Below are positions 53,632-64,000 of a stretch of 64,000 nt of DNA, one piece after another. The position numbers and the translations under genes are program-made. The stretch covers positions 140,390-204,389 of the forward strand of contig CAVSMN010000011.1 of the NCBI GenBank assembly GCA_963729045.1, written 5' to 3'. The notes under the pieces were generated by a model, which did no database searches, was not told where the DNA came from, and saw only the letters and a list, made by a program, of their open reading frames with translations. The DNA is from an uncultured Nitrososphaeraceae archaeon. GTDB lineage: Archaea > Thermoproteota > Nitrososphaeria > Nitrososphaerales > Nitrososphaeraceae. The number at the start of each line of letters is the position of its first letter. The stretch's first letter is position 1.

Positions 53632-56250
53632 TTATTTGGTGGATAAATGTTTGCTCTGGTGATTAATGAATTTGTAAAATATTCTTTTTATTATTTCTGC
53701 AGAAATTGCATAGGCAAAAACAATTAATCCTATGATAATAACATAAGAGATAGGTATTTCTGTTAAACCAAAAATCTTTCCAATAGGTGTATAAGGTAAG
53801 ATCATCACTATGCTGATTGTAATTAGCGTAGTTACTATCAAATAACTTTTTGGCTTGCTTTTAAAAATTGGTCTCGTGGTCCTAAGAACAAGGACGATAA
53901 TACACGCTGAAGAAATTGATTCTATGAACCAAGCAGTTCTAAATTGCTCAATAGACGTGGGATGTAAAAAGTACAGTAGAATCCCAAAAGTAATCAGATC
54001 AAAAAAGGTGCTGAGCAAACCAAAGACGATCATAAACTTGCGAATAAATTTTATATCCCACCGTCGTGGTTTGGCGATAGTCTCAGGATCAACATTGTCA
54101 GTGGATATCGTCATTTCGGGTAAGTCGGTTAATAGATTCATTAGGAGAATCTGTTTAGGTAACAAGGGGAGAAAAGGCAAAAATATTGAGGCTCCTGCCA
54201 TACTAAACATATTACCAAAGTTGGCGCTTGTAGCCATGAATACGTATTTTAGTGTATTTGCAAAAGTCCTCCTTCCCTCAACCACCCCTTCTGCTAAGAC
54301 GGTTAGATCCTTTTCCAAAAGCACAAAATCTGAGGCTTCTTTGGTTACATTAGGAGCGCTGTTTACAGATATTCCTACATCTGCAGCATGTATTGCTGTA
54401 GCATCATTAATGCCATCTCCCAGATATCCCACCACATTTTTTTCAGAAATCCGTAACGCCAAAATTATCTGTTCTTTCTGATTGGGTTCGATCTCAGCAA
54501 ATATATCAATTTCATTAACCCTATTTACTAATGCATCGAAGCTAATTTTATGTATCTCGTGGCCGACAAGAACCTTTGAATTAAACATTCCTATTTGTTT
54601 AGCTAGATTAGCAACCACGTATTTGTTATCACCGCTTATTATCTTAACTGAAATACCTAGGTTTCGAAGCTTGGTTATAGATTCTATGACATCAATCTTA
54701 ATTGGGTCAAAAAAGACAATAAATCCCAAAAAAGTCATTTCAGTTTCATCTTTTTTATCCATCCTCATTTTAGCCGGTCCTAACCTAACATCAACATCTT
54801 TGTAGCATAATCCTAGAATACGTAGTCCTTGATTTCCAAATTCTTCATAACGCTTTATGATTTCCGGCTTTACCTCTGACAAATCCACGATTTTTCCACA
54901 TCTCTCGGCAGTTGAACAAACTTCAAGAATATTGTTGAGAGCTCCTTTAGTTACTATGAATGAATATTTGTTTTTGCCAGTGGACTCGATGAAAGATTTA
55001 TCCTCATATGAAACAAGTACTGAAAGTCTTTTCCTAATGAAATCGTATGGGATTTCATCAATCTTATCATAATCTTTCAGATCAAACTTGTCAGAACAAT
55101 AGTCCTTAATAGCTTTGTCTATAGGATTTGTAAATGCAGTTTCATATGATGAATTAAGATAGGAATATAATAAGACTTTGTCGCTTGTATTACAGTCTAT
55201 ATCAATGGCTGACTTTAGCTGCACATTGCCAATTGTTAATGTTCCAGTTTTATCCGAACATAGGATATTCATGCTTCCGAGATTTTCTAATGCAGCCAGT
55301 CTTTTGACTATTACTTTATCTCTAGCCATTCTTCTTGCACCATGAGATAGATTTACACTTATAATTGCAGGTAACAGTTGAGGTGTGAGTCCGATGGCTA
55401 ATGCCAATGAAAATAAGAACGATTCTAAGATAGACCTGCCGAAATAAACATTGATTAAAACGATAAAAATAACCAACAATAATGTTACTTCCATAAGAAA
55501 GTATCCAAATTTTCTGACTCCATGTTCAAAGTCAGTCTCTGGATTTTTGTATTTTAGACTATTTGATATTTCTCCAAATTCGCTATTGATTCCAGTTTTA
55601 ATTACCAATGCTTTTGCTTTGCCGCTCACCACAAAAGTACCCATAAAAACTGAATTAGTTCTATCCCGTAATGAGGCGTCTTTGGGGAGAATTTTAATAG
55701 ATTTTCCTACAGGATAACTTTCACCAGTCAAAGTTGCCTCATTTACAAAGAGATCATTTGATTCAACTATAATTGAATCAGCAGGGATACTGTCTCCAGC
55801 GGTGAGCGTTATTATATCACCTGGAACAATATCTATAGAAGGTATTGATATATTGATCCCATCTCGTAGAACTAAAATCCTTGCCTGAACAAATTCTAAT
55901 AGTTTATCTACCTCATTGATAGCACCTCTCTCTTGCCAAAATCCTAGAATTCCGCTTATGATTATAATTGTAATGATTAATGCCGCATCTTCCAATTGAC
56001 CTAAGAATAGCGAGAGTAATGAGGTGAAGATAAAAATTAAAATAATTGGACTTTTGAATTGAGAGGCCAATAGGAATAACAAATTAGACTTCTTTTTTGA
56101 TTTAAGAGTATTTTTTCCATATGAAGATAATCGACTTTCTGCATCTTCAGAGGTCAAACCATTTTTTATTGAAGTTTGAAATTCTTGCTCTAATTCGTTT
56201 AAAGGATAACTCCAAAATTCCAATTGCTTGACTTTTTTATCGAAAGTCAT
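53632..56250 (-). CDS. mgtA: Mg2+-translocating P-type ATPase (P3B)
   Basis: TGES, GLTPQLLP, DKTGTLT, KGA, GDGIND and SANFGNMFS. Confidence 0.92.
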   Translation of the reverse strand: MTFDKKVKQLEFWSYPLNELEQEFQTSIKNGLTSEDAESRLSSYGKNTLKSKKKSNLLFLLASQFKSPIILIFIFTSLLSLFLGQLEDAALIITIIIISGILGFWQERGAINEVDKLLEFVQARILVLRDGINISIPSIDIVPGDIITLTAGDSIPADSIIVESNDLFVNEATLTGESYPVGKSIKILPKDASLRDRTNSVFMGTFVVSGKAKALVIKTGINSEFGEISNSLKYKNPETDFEHGVRKFGYFLMEVTLLLVIFIVLINVYFGRSILESFLFSLALAIGLTPQLLPAIISVNLSHGARRMARDKVIVKRLAALENLGSMNILCSDKTGTLTIGNVQLKSAIDIDCNTSDKVLLYSYLNSSYETAFTNPIDKAIKDYCSDKFDLKDYDKIDEIPYDFIRKRLSVLVSYEDKSFIESTGKNKYSFIVTKGALNNILEVCSTAERCGKIVDLSEVKPEIIKRYEEFGNQGLRILGLCYKDVDVRLGPAKMRMDKKDETEMTFLGFIVFFDPIKIDVIESITKLRNLGISVKIISGDNKYVVANLAKQIGMFNSKVLVGHEIHKISFDALVNRVNEIDIFAEIEPNQKEQIILALRISEKNVVGYLGDGINDATAIHAADVGISVNSAPNVTKEASDFVLLEKDLTVLAEGVVEGRRTFANTLKYVFMATSANFGNMFSMAGASIFLPFLPLLPKQILLMNLLTDLPEMTISTDNVDPETIAKPRRWDIKFIRKFMIVFGLLSTFFDLITFGILLYFLHPTSIEQFRTAWFIESISSACIIVLVLRTTRPIFKSKPKSYLIVTTLITISIVMILPYTPIGKIFGLTEIPISYVIIIGLIVFAYAISAEIIKRIFYKFINHQSKHLSTK

Positions 56251-56498
56251 AGGTCTGTCTAATTACTCTCTAGTTTATAACTATGCATAGAGCAAAAATT
56301 GATTAATTTAGAAATGTTTCCTCATAGGGTTCCCACTATTATATATAATACTTATTGGCTCATTTAACAAGCAGTACAAATAAGAATAATCCTTTTGATA
56401 ATAGTCTACTTGATATTTACCTTATATAGTTACTAATTTAACCTTAATTAATAAAATCTGCACTGTTATTACGTCATTATAATGCAGGAACAAGAATT

Positions 56499-57336
56499 TT
56501 ATACGAGATGAATGATTTTTGCAGTTTTCTTTGATGAAGTCACGGTAATAGGCTTATTTCTTGTAATTTTAATTCCTTTGGGATGAATCGTAGTGCCGTA
56601 TAAACGGATATTAGCTTCTCTAATGACTGTCATGTCAATGGTGCTACTAGCCGGGACTGTATAACGGATGGGGATTATTTCTTTATAGTTAACTTTGTCT
56701 TTTAGGCGTCTTACCGCAAAGTTAGGTAAGATGTGACAAATACCTAATTTATTATCATCAAATAATTCCATTGGCTTTTTTTTAGGCTCCCTTATTCGAT
56801 CTAGGTAGGAATAATAGCCACTCGATCCGAATGAAGGTACTTATGATAACTCCATTACCAATAATAAAATCGGTAAATATCGGCTTAATATGTACACTGG
56901 TCTATCTTGCTTGTCCTTTTATTGGTTACAGAAATTGAGTATCTAATACACCCTGAGAAAAGACCACGCTCTAAATAAACATCTGTTAATACACTAATGA
57001 CTGGTAAAGTATCGTATCTTACATCTAACATTCTTTTTATCGGTAACTACATAGTTTCCTTTCACAATACTTCTCAAGGTCTTTGTAAGATTTTGTAAAG
57101 AGATTTCAGCTAATCTGCCTTTACTTCCTAAAATTTCGTCTGTAGGAACGCCAATAAATAACATCGGAATAGACAATTTTTTTCCGTAGTAAGAAAATGT
57201 TCCATCCCCACCAATCACTAATGCTATGTCTGGATCTGTATCTGAAATTTGCAGATCTAAGCGACTTTAATATTTTTTGAATTTTTTCTATTTGAACTTT
57301 CGGCCGAAGGGGATGAACAAATATTTTGAACTTCAA
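56499..57336 (-). pseudogene. NAD kinase-like gene broken into several frames
   Basis: IGGDGT motif and a GVIIST..GSSGY-like segment; multiple frameshifts (decay or sequencing error). Confidence 0.6.
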
Positions 57337-57560
57337 ACGTATTAGACTGCAAGAAGAGATATTTTATACCTTCTATAAAAATATCCAATTTTAAGAATCG
57401 TCTCAGTAAATAGACTGGTTAGATTGACGTAGGACAAGTTGCCTTTAATTATTTAATTGATTCAAACTCAATGACAAGTCTTTTTTCACACATCCAATTG
57501 TTTAATATCATCTTAGAATAATATTTTAATAAATATAGACAATTACATATATTAAAGATC

Positions 57561-58043
57561 TTGAAAGATAATGAGGACCTTAATGGAGAATCAAATGACA
57601 ATAAAGATAAATTAATCGAACATTATGATTCAATTTTAAGAGAAAGCTCCTTATTAACTACTGTTGCTGGAATCCTATTTGGATTTTTATTAAATATTTC
57701 TGTAAATGCCGCTGCCGAGTTTGACGTGAGTAATAAGGTGTTATTGTTGATAGCTTTGTTCTCCATAACTGTTGCTACGCTTCTCTTTAGCATGCCCGTA
57801 ATATACCACCATTTCCAATATCCATATAGAAAATTTGAAAAGTTTCAATTACGCAGTCATCGATTCATCATTTTTGGGATTATCCCATTTTTCATCACTC
57901 TTTACATATGTTTATCGTTGGCTATCCTGATCCTGATTCAAAGTTCGTTTGTTGAGTTTTTTGGTACTATTTACGGCTTTACATTTACATTGGCGTTTAT
58001 CCCATTCATCATTCTTATTGTATTGTATATGAAGAGAAAGTGA
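57561..58043 (+). CDS. 4-TM membrane protein (DUF6328-like)
   Basis: LRE...ILFGFLL and MPVIYH. Confidence 0.7.
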   Translation: MKDNEDLNGESNDNKDKLIEHYDSILRESSLLTTVAGILFGFLLNISVNAAAEFDVSNKVLLLIALFSITVATLLFSMPVIYHHFQYPYRKFEKFQLRSHRFIIFGIIPFFITLYICLSLAILILIQSSFVEFFGTIYGFTFTLAFIPFIILIVLYMKRK

Positions 58044-58258
58044 TTGGGAATCGCTTAACACAGTAGTTTCTTATCAGTGAAAATTAAATAAAGTAATAAG
58101 GAAAAGAGGGTATCCAACAAGGGATATTGACTCAAATCGTGAATTCAAATATTGCAAATGTCATTGTCTCTTAATACCTGTATTTATTAATAACCGTAAA
58201 GCTTCGGTCATTCTCATCTACCCTATGTCATTTATAATACATGTTGTAAGGAAAATAT

Positions 58259-58286
58259 ATATATTGTAATATATATTACAATATAT
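58259..58286. promoter_or_regulatory. Perfect 28-bp palindrome over the hsp20 promoter
   Basis: ATATATTGTAATATATATTACAATATAT ends 5 bp before ATG 58292. Confidence 0.55.
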
Positions 58287-58291
58287 CAAAT

Positions 58292-58957
58292 ATGGACAGA
58301 GACATAACTCCAAGCGATTGGATTAATAGATTTTTCAATACAGGTTTTGGAAGATCCTGGGGAAGAAGAAGAGATCTATTAGATACAAGAGAACTATTTG
58401 CGGATTTCGATGATATTCATGAGGAAATGAATAGAATGTTTGAAGTATTCAACAACCTTTCAAATAATGCACCAAAAGAACTCGTCAGAGAATACGAAAC
58501 AAAAGAAGATGGAAAGGTTAGAGAAGTAGGACCTATAGTATACGGATATTCTATGACCATTGGACCTGACGGTAAACCATATGTAAGAGAATTTGGAAAT
58601 ATCAAATCTGCGCGTAATAACAATGTAAAAAAAATAGGTGGAAAACTGGATCAATCATCACAAATATCTTCAGAAAGAGAACCATTGGTTGACGTTAACA
58701 CTACCGATAAAGAAATCAAAGTTGTAGTTGAAATGCCTGGGATCAAAAAAGTAGACATTAAAATAAATGTTTATGATTCGAGGGTTGAAGTAACAACTTC
58801 AAAGGATGCTCAAAGAAAGTATTACAAAAATATAGAACTTCCAGAACAAGCAGAAATTGAGACCGCAAGATCATCATATAACAATGGCATACTAGAAATA
58901 ACCTTCGACAAAAAGAAAGTTACTAAACCCGCAGGTAGGGAAATCAAAATAGAGTAG
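58292..58957 (+). CDS. hsp20: Archaeal small heat-shock protein Hsp20
   Basis: GPIVYGYSMTIGPDGKPYVREFGN, REPLVDV, EMPG and YNNGILEI. Confidence 0.93.
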   Translation: MDRDITPSDWINRFFNTGFGRSWGRRRDLLDTRELFADFDDIHEEMNRMFEVFNNLSNNAPKELVREYETKEDGKVREVGPIVYGYSMTIGPDGKPYVREFGNIKSARNNNVKKIGGKLDQSSQISSEREPLVDVNTTDKEIKVVVEMPGIKKVDIKINVYDSRVEVTTSKDAQRKYYKNIELPEQAEIETARSSYNNGILEITFDKKKVTKPAGREIKIE

Positions 58958-59409
58958 ATTCTTAATCGGTATCCTAGACCTTGACTAACTTTATTTTTAT
59001 CGGGTTTCTAAAATATTAATCACATGTTAATTATGTTTTTTTAAAATATTGAATTATCTTAATTCATATAAAATAACCTATATAGATTGGATATAATCAA
59101 AATTTTGAGGTCGATAATCGTAAGTGACTTTAATTTGTCTCGTATCCAATAGATATCATAAATCATGATTAAGAGTTTTCGTTATTGAGAGAAATCAAAA
59201 CACATGGAGGACGAAAAGATATCCCAGATGTTAAATTATCCTTTTACACCAATCCAAGGACATGAGAAAATCCCAATCTTTTTGGTAAATATAAGATTAA
59301 TTTGTTAGCAAGATATTACAAATAATGAAAGGCCATAAAAGGACAATAATCATCTTTATGATCGCAGACGGTATCAACACTTATCATTTATACAGGTATA
59401 CCTAATGCG

Positions 59410-60183
59410 TTGTTTAATTTCCACATGAAAGAAAATATCGAAAGACTTTCTACTATATCCAAAAATATATCAGATAACAAATTTGCTTTTGATCAGATAA
59501 AAAATCTGCCCGAGCCTGTTCAACGATATTTCAAATTTTCTTTAGAAGAAGGACAACATTATATCAGCTACGTAAAATTAAAACATGAGGGACAATTCCG
59601 ACAATATGAAAATCAAAAATGGATGTCAATAAAAGGGGAAGAATACTTTTCTATAGAACAACCCGGATTGATATGGATAGGCAAAATACAATTGTTGCCC
59701 TTCATCTGGATAACAGGGTTAGATGAATATATCGGAGGAAAAGGTAACTTTGAGATAAAGTTGATGTCATATTTCACTATTGCCGATTCCCCTAAAGGTA
59801 GAGAATTGGATAGTGGGGAGCTAATAAGATGGCTCGGTGAAGCACCATTATTTCCCACAGCACTATTACCAAGTAATTATCTCCAATGGCAAGAAATAGA
59901 TTTGAATTCTGCAAGAGCTGTAGTTAACTTCACCGGACTTACGGTTAGTTTAATATTCCATTTTAGTGAAAAGGGAGAGATTACTACCGTGGAAGGTGAT
60001 CGCTATAGATCTGTAAATAACACATACGTAAAAGAGAAATGGGTTGGTCATTATTCAGATTATACCACAATAGAGAACATTATGGTCCCCATGACCATTG
60101 AGGCTGCATGGAATACTCAAGCTGGAAATTTTAGATATGCAAAATTTAAGATAAATGAATTACGGTATGACCATCCCTATTAA
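59410..60183 (+). CDS. DUF6544-like hypothetical protein
   Basis: LPEPVQRYF, GELIRWLGE...PTALL and W..ID..SARA. Confidence 0.72.
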   Translation: MFNFHMKENIERLSTISKNISDNKFAFDQIKNLPEPVQRYFKFSLEEGQHYISYVKLKHEGQFRQYENQKWMSIKGEEYFSIEQPGLIWIGKIQLLPFIWITGLDEYIGGKGNFEIKLMSYFTIADSPKGRELDSGELIRWLGEAPLFPTALLPSNYLQWQEIDLNSARAVVNFTGLTVSLIFHFSEKGEITTVEGDRYRSVNNTYVKEKWVGHYSDYTTIENIMVPMTIEAAWNTQAGNFRYAKFKINELRYDHPY

Positions 60184-60448
60184 ATATTGAGAATATGATT
60201 AATAGCGAGTTACTTCAGTTTGAACAAGCAAGGTTAAATAAATGAATTTGTGATAATACAGCGATTAATATTTGTATTGAACTCATCCAAATTCCCCATT
60301 TGAATCTAATTATGGAATTTAAGTGGCTGACAACAAAATCATTAGAGATATTTTTTAGGTCATAAAAAATGATATCCCCATATTCAGATTTTCAATATTT
60401 AGACTTGAATCTGGAATTACAATCACTATTGAAGATGAAAAACGAAAA

Positions 60449-60829
60449 ATGATTATATTTGGTCAAATTACCTCAATTGTGGACAAAAAGGAGCTGAAAA
60501 TTAGACATGGGATCCTTGAAATAAGAAAAGATGTTGAACGTTTTGACGTAACATGGATTCCGGATAATATGAACAGAGGTAATAACAACTGTTGTGACTA
60601 TGAACAGATTATGAAAATGATAAACGAAACTTATCCGGATTGTATCACTATTTACCCAGAGGGAATAAATGCCGTAACATTAATTCGACTTTTGTATGAT
60701 ACATATGGAAATTATTCATTAATCATAAGAGAAGTACAGAGAGGTGGAGAATTTGTGGAAAAGTATGCATCTTATGAACTAATTTTAAACCTGAAACCAG
60801 AAGTTAGAAGAAAAACAGACGCAAGATGA
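60449..60829 (+). CDS. Hypothetical protein
   Basis: 126-aa ATG ORF with no recognised motif. Confidence 0.55.
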   Translation: MIIFGQITSIVDKKELKIRHGILEIRKDVERFDVTWIPDNMNRGNNNCCDYEQIMKMINETYPDCITIYPEGINAVTLIRLLYDTYGNYSLIIREVQRGGEFVEKYASYELILNLKPEVRRKTDAR

Positions 60830-61008
60830 ACTATAATAAACTAACTAATATCAATATATGCGAAAAGAAAGAATGTCATAAAAATCAAAACAAATCTTTA
60901 CGATGAAATATTTATTTCTGATTGGTTATCATTTACTTTCTGATGCAAAATTTGGGATATACTGAGTGTATGCTCTTCATAGCATGCGGAACTAATAAAA
61001 ATCCTGTG

Positions 61009-61530
61009 CTAATAGTCTGAAATAGATTCTTTATTATCCCCATATTTTCCTGTAGCCTCGTTTACTTTAATTCGATACACCACAATATCAAAAATTTCCT
61101 TATTATTACTATGTAAAAATGGCGATAAAAATGAGTGCTGAAAAGCAAAATTTTTGATACCTAGATTATCAGGACCAGAGGTTTCAGTCGGAGAGGATTT
61201 TCTATCTAAATTAGACATAATTGATTTCATCAGAATTTCCAATCCTTTATTAGCTTCATCTCCTTTTAGTTCCTCAAAGGTTCCATAAACAATCACACTT
61301 TTCCAATTGCTCATGTCTTTCATCCAATCAATTTCAAAACAGACATTTGGATTATTTCGCATCATTTGGATTTTCAATCCATCCTTTGTATGCCCATAAA
61401 TGTATCCATTATCATAAGCATAAGTGATAGGAACAACATAGACTTTGTTACCATCGAAACATCCTACTCTGCCTATTAATTCTGATTTTAAAAGATCATC
61501 AATTTGACTCTTATCCAAATCGCCCCACAT
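61009..61530 (-). CDS. Pyridoxamine 5'-phosphate oxidase-like (NimA-type) flavin-binding protein
   Basis: IGRVGC...YVVPITY, G.KIQMMRNNPNVCFEID and WKSVIVYG. Confidence 0.88.
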   Translation of the reverse strand: MWGDLDKSQIDDLLKSELIGRVGCFDGNKVYVVPITYAYDNGYIYGHTKDGLKIQMMRNNPNVCFEIDWMKDMSNWKSVIVYGTFEELKGDEANKGLEILMKSIMSNLDRKSSPTETSGPDNLGIKNFAFQHSFLSPFLHSNNKEIFDIVVYRIKVNEATGKYGDNKESISDY

Positions 61531-61817
61531 GATTAGAGTATTACATATTCTATGATTAAAAACATATACTAATAATAGATTTTAGCAGCTCTGCAAAGTT
61601 AAGATATCAACACCAGCAGCTTATGGTGTCGCATCTCTAAGTCTTTTATTTATTATCATATTTTGATAGTAATTTCTAAATTCTTTGGGATAGGAATTCA
61701 TGGGTATTTCAGGGTAGTTAAAATTGCAATTCAGATTTGAATTTTCAAACATCCTCTTACTCAATCGGCAACAAAATATTAAAAAATAAAGTCTAATTAT
61801 ACTTATCCGACAATTCA

Positions 61818-63575
61818 TCAGCCATAGATGATGCTTATCAGAAAAGGTCCTAGTATTATTAATACCATAAGCCGCAATAAATCAGATACCATACCCGTTT
61901 TGAACATATTTAGAATTGTGACCGCCTTTGAGGAATAAACTATTGCCATTGGTGGTGTTGTGGAAGGAAGTGCGCTTGAGATTGAGGCACCAAGCCCTGC
62001 TGCAATAATTGACGGAATGGGGCTAAATCCGGCACCTATTGCAAGAGATGCTGCGATAGGACATACTATTACCGCAGAAGCGGTGTTTGATGCGGCATAT
62101 GACATTAGAAAGGCCATTACGGCACTTATTGTAAATATTCCCCATTCTGTAGAAAGCGGACCGGCATTCTCGGAAATCAGATTCCCTAACAGGGTGGCAA
62201 GACCACTAGCCTCTATTCCAAGACCTAGCACTAAGCCTCCGCCAAAAAGGAATACGATATTCCAATCAATAGATTCCAGAATATCATTCCAAGATAATAT
62301 CGGTTGCCATGAATTCGGAGCTCGTTTTCCTTCATCTGCTCCTATCTTTTCTACAACTTCTCCTGTATCATTTGTTCTGTATACCTTGATTTTGACCAAC
62401 CCTATCAACAATATTATCAGCAGGGCAGGCACGGACTCTGGAATGTTACTTAGGATATTAATCATTTGGTTTGACAAATGACTCATAGTGTTTACAGCAC
62501 CAATTAAATCGTCGTTTCCATCATCAGGATAAAACGATCTCAAAACTGAAGGAATAATCCACAAAGACATTGCCAAAAAAAGTATGGTTAAGACTGCTTT
62601 TTCCTCGGTTTTGATTTTTCCGGCTTTACCTAAGCTGTTCTTGAATTGATCCCTAATCTTTGAAGGAAAATTAATTTTTGGGCACAAAAGCAGGAAAACT
62701 ATGTTCCATGATACTAGTAACCCAATTACTGCAAGAGGCAATCCTATAACAAGCCAGTCAGTAAATGAAACGGTCATGCCAGGAACAAAGTCTTCCACTG
62801 TAGCCTTGGCAATGAGGTTGGGAGCAGTGCTTATCAAAAGGAGCATGGCTCCAGCGGTAGCAGCCTGTCCCAAGGAAAGAAAACTAGCCTCGGTGTATTT
62901 GTTTATTTCTGTATCATTATTTGATATTTTGTTACTATCTACATCTAAAGAGCGTGAGTTGATATGTCTATCAATATTGTTATTACTTAATCGATTCGAC
63001 TCAAAAAAGGATGTTTTTAAGGTCCTCAGATAAGCCAAAACAAAGGGAAAAACAATTGTTGTGGATGCCGTAATGGAACCAGTCATGGAGAGCAAAAATA
63101 CAGGAAGGCAAGCAACAAAGAATATGGCCATCTTTGGGTTGTTACCTTTGTAGAATAAAGCAAGTTTGAAAGCTATCCTTTTGTCCAGACCACATTTCTT
63201 GAAGGCCGCTGCCAAAACAAACCCCGAAATGAATATCCATATTATTGGATCGGCGAATTTGGGCAACGCCTCGTCAACAGTGAGAATGCCCGTTATTACA
63301 AAGATAAAAGGTGCCAACAAACTTGTAAAACCCAGTGGTACACATTCCGTTACCCACCAAATAATCATCCAGAGCATTGTTCCCAATGCAATTTGAGGTA
63401 GAATTACAGTAAACAAACCTTCTGTCTCTGACTGTGATGATGAATTTTCGAAAATGGCACCACTAGGAAAAGGGATCAAAAGCATGGTTAGGAATAGAAT
63501 TGGCCCAAGAATCAGACCAAGGTTTCTCTTCAGATCTTGTTCTGAAAAATTCCGTATTCCAATGTTCTTTTTCAT
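61818..63575 (-). CDS. SLC13/DASS family anion:sodium symporter
   Basis: WWVTECVP, STAPN, IDWNIVFLFGGG, ASNTA and LPSTTPPMAIVY. Confidence 0.9.
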   Translation of the reverse strand: MKKNIGIRNFSEQDLKRNLGLILGPILFLTMLLIPFPSGAIFENSSSQSETEGLFTVILPQIALGTMLWMIIWWVTECVPLGFTSLLAPFIFVITGILTVDEALPKFADPIIWIFISGFVLAAAFKKCGLDKRIAFKLALFYKGNNPKMAIFFVACLPVFLLSMTGSITASTTIVFPFVLAYLRTLKTSFFESNRLSNNNIDRHINSRSLDVDSNKISNNDTEINKYTEASFLSLGQAATAGAMLLLISTAPNLIAKATVEDFVPGMTVSFTDWLVIGLPLAVIGLLVSWNIVFLLLCPKINFPSKIRDQFKNSLGKAGKIKTEEKAVLTILFLAMSLWIIPSVLRSFYPDDGNDDLIGAVNTMSHLSNQMINILSNIPESVPALLIILLIGLVKIKVYRTNDTGEVVEKIGADEGKRAPNSWQPILSWNDILESIDWNIVFLFGGGLVLGLGIEASGLATLLGNLISENAGPLSTEWGIFTISAVMAFLMSYAASNTASAVIVCPIAASLAIGAGFSPIPSIIAAGLGASISSALPSTTPPMAIVYSSKAVTILNMFKTGMVSDLLRLMVLIILGPFLISIIYG

Positions 63576-64000
63576 TTTGACCTATATTACCTGTTCGACC
63601 TGAATATTAGTAGATGACTATTGTCAGAGATTGCATATCAGTATCACAAATAGTGTGGAACAATTTTGAAAGGGGACATGGGATTGATTCGAGGTATTAT
63701 GGACATATGCTAATACAACAAATCTATAATACCCATCCTGAGGATATACGATTGCTTTTCTTTTCGCATTTCTTTTACCACGTCTTTGCAAACTCTAATT
63801 CCTGCTTTGTTTTTAGGATTCTCCATTTGGTATATTTTACACCTCATTTCTTGGATCTGGATGAGTATCTCAAAGTCGTTTAAGTCTCGTTTTTCAGTTT
63901 TTTTGTTGAGAATGTTTTTTATATGTTAATCCAAAAAACTACATCGGGGCAGAACTCTTATCGATCTCAAAATCCTTCTGGTGCTATTAGAATAATAATA

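Larger units (their letters stand above)
25277..64000. mobile_element. Probable tRNA-Ala-anchored integrated element / genomic island; right boundary not determined
   Basis: Integrase directly after the tRNA, followed by accessory cargo, long AT-rich spacers and decayed genes. No second att copy found by eye. Confidence 0.4.

Noticed and set aside
53855..55717. Long plus-strand ORFs opposite mgtA (and similar ones opposite tal, arsM and the DASS gene)
   Set aside because: Antisense shadows of well-supported genes.
39474..61560. A single shared operator upstream of all stress-cluster genes
   Set aside because: By eye only the two paralogous USPs (and weakly the ADH) share AACAA(G/A)GAT; no universal motif can be supported without computation.
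63614..64000. ORF 63614-63883 and fragmentary minus-strand frames at the window end
   Set aside because: No recognisable motif and broken frames; cannot be called.

Overview
AT-rich archaeal DNA whose gene content (split transketolase with Rpe fusion, PsbP-like and cupredoxin proteins, two-domain multicopper oxidase, class III PhaC) points to a soil ammonia-oxidising archaeon (Nitrososphaeraceae, Nitrosocosmicus-like); this assignment is inference. Bases 1-25 kb look like core chromosome: non-oxidative pentose phosphate operon, thioredoxin, HtrA, AAA+/VWA pair, dUTPase, GNAT/amidohydrolase, a repeat-rich secreted beta-helix protein and a K+ channel. tRNA-Ala(CGC) at 25202-25276 is followed by seven TGTTAACA palindromes and a tyrosine integrase, marking the left end of a probable island. 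Next come two paralogous HTH genes with a shared promoter motif, a PQQ-dehydrogenase/cupredoxin fusion module, an HxlR-linked arsM-arsC-aquaporin operon and a multicopper oxidase. A ~22-kb stress cluster follows (3 USPs, 2 Hsp20, CBS, PRTase + erythromycin esterase, P-type ATPase, PNPOx, ADH, VIT1, CoA-transferase, a probable PhaE-PhaC fusion) that mirrors the family content of the mycobacterial DosR dormancy regulon. At least 18 genes carry small frameshifts, probably mostly sequencing error, so split genes are reported as single features.
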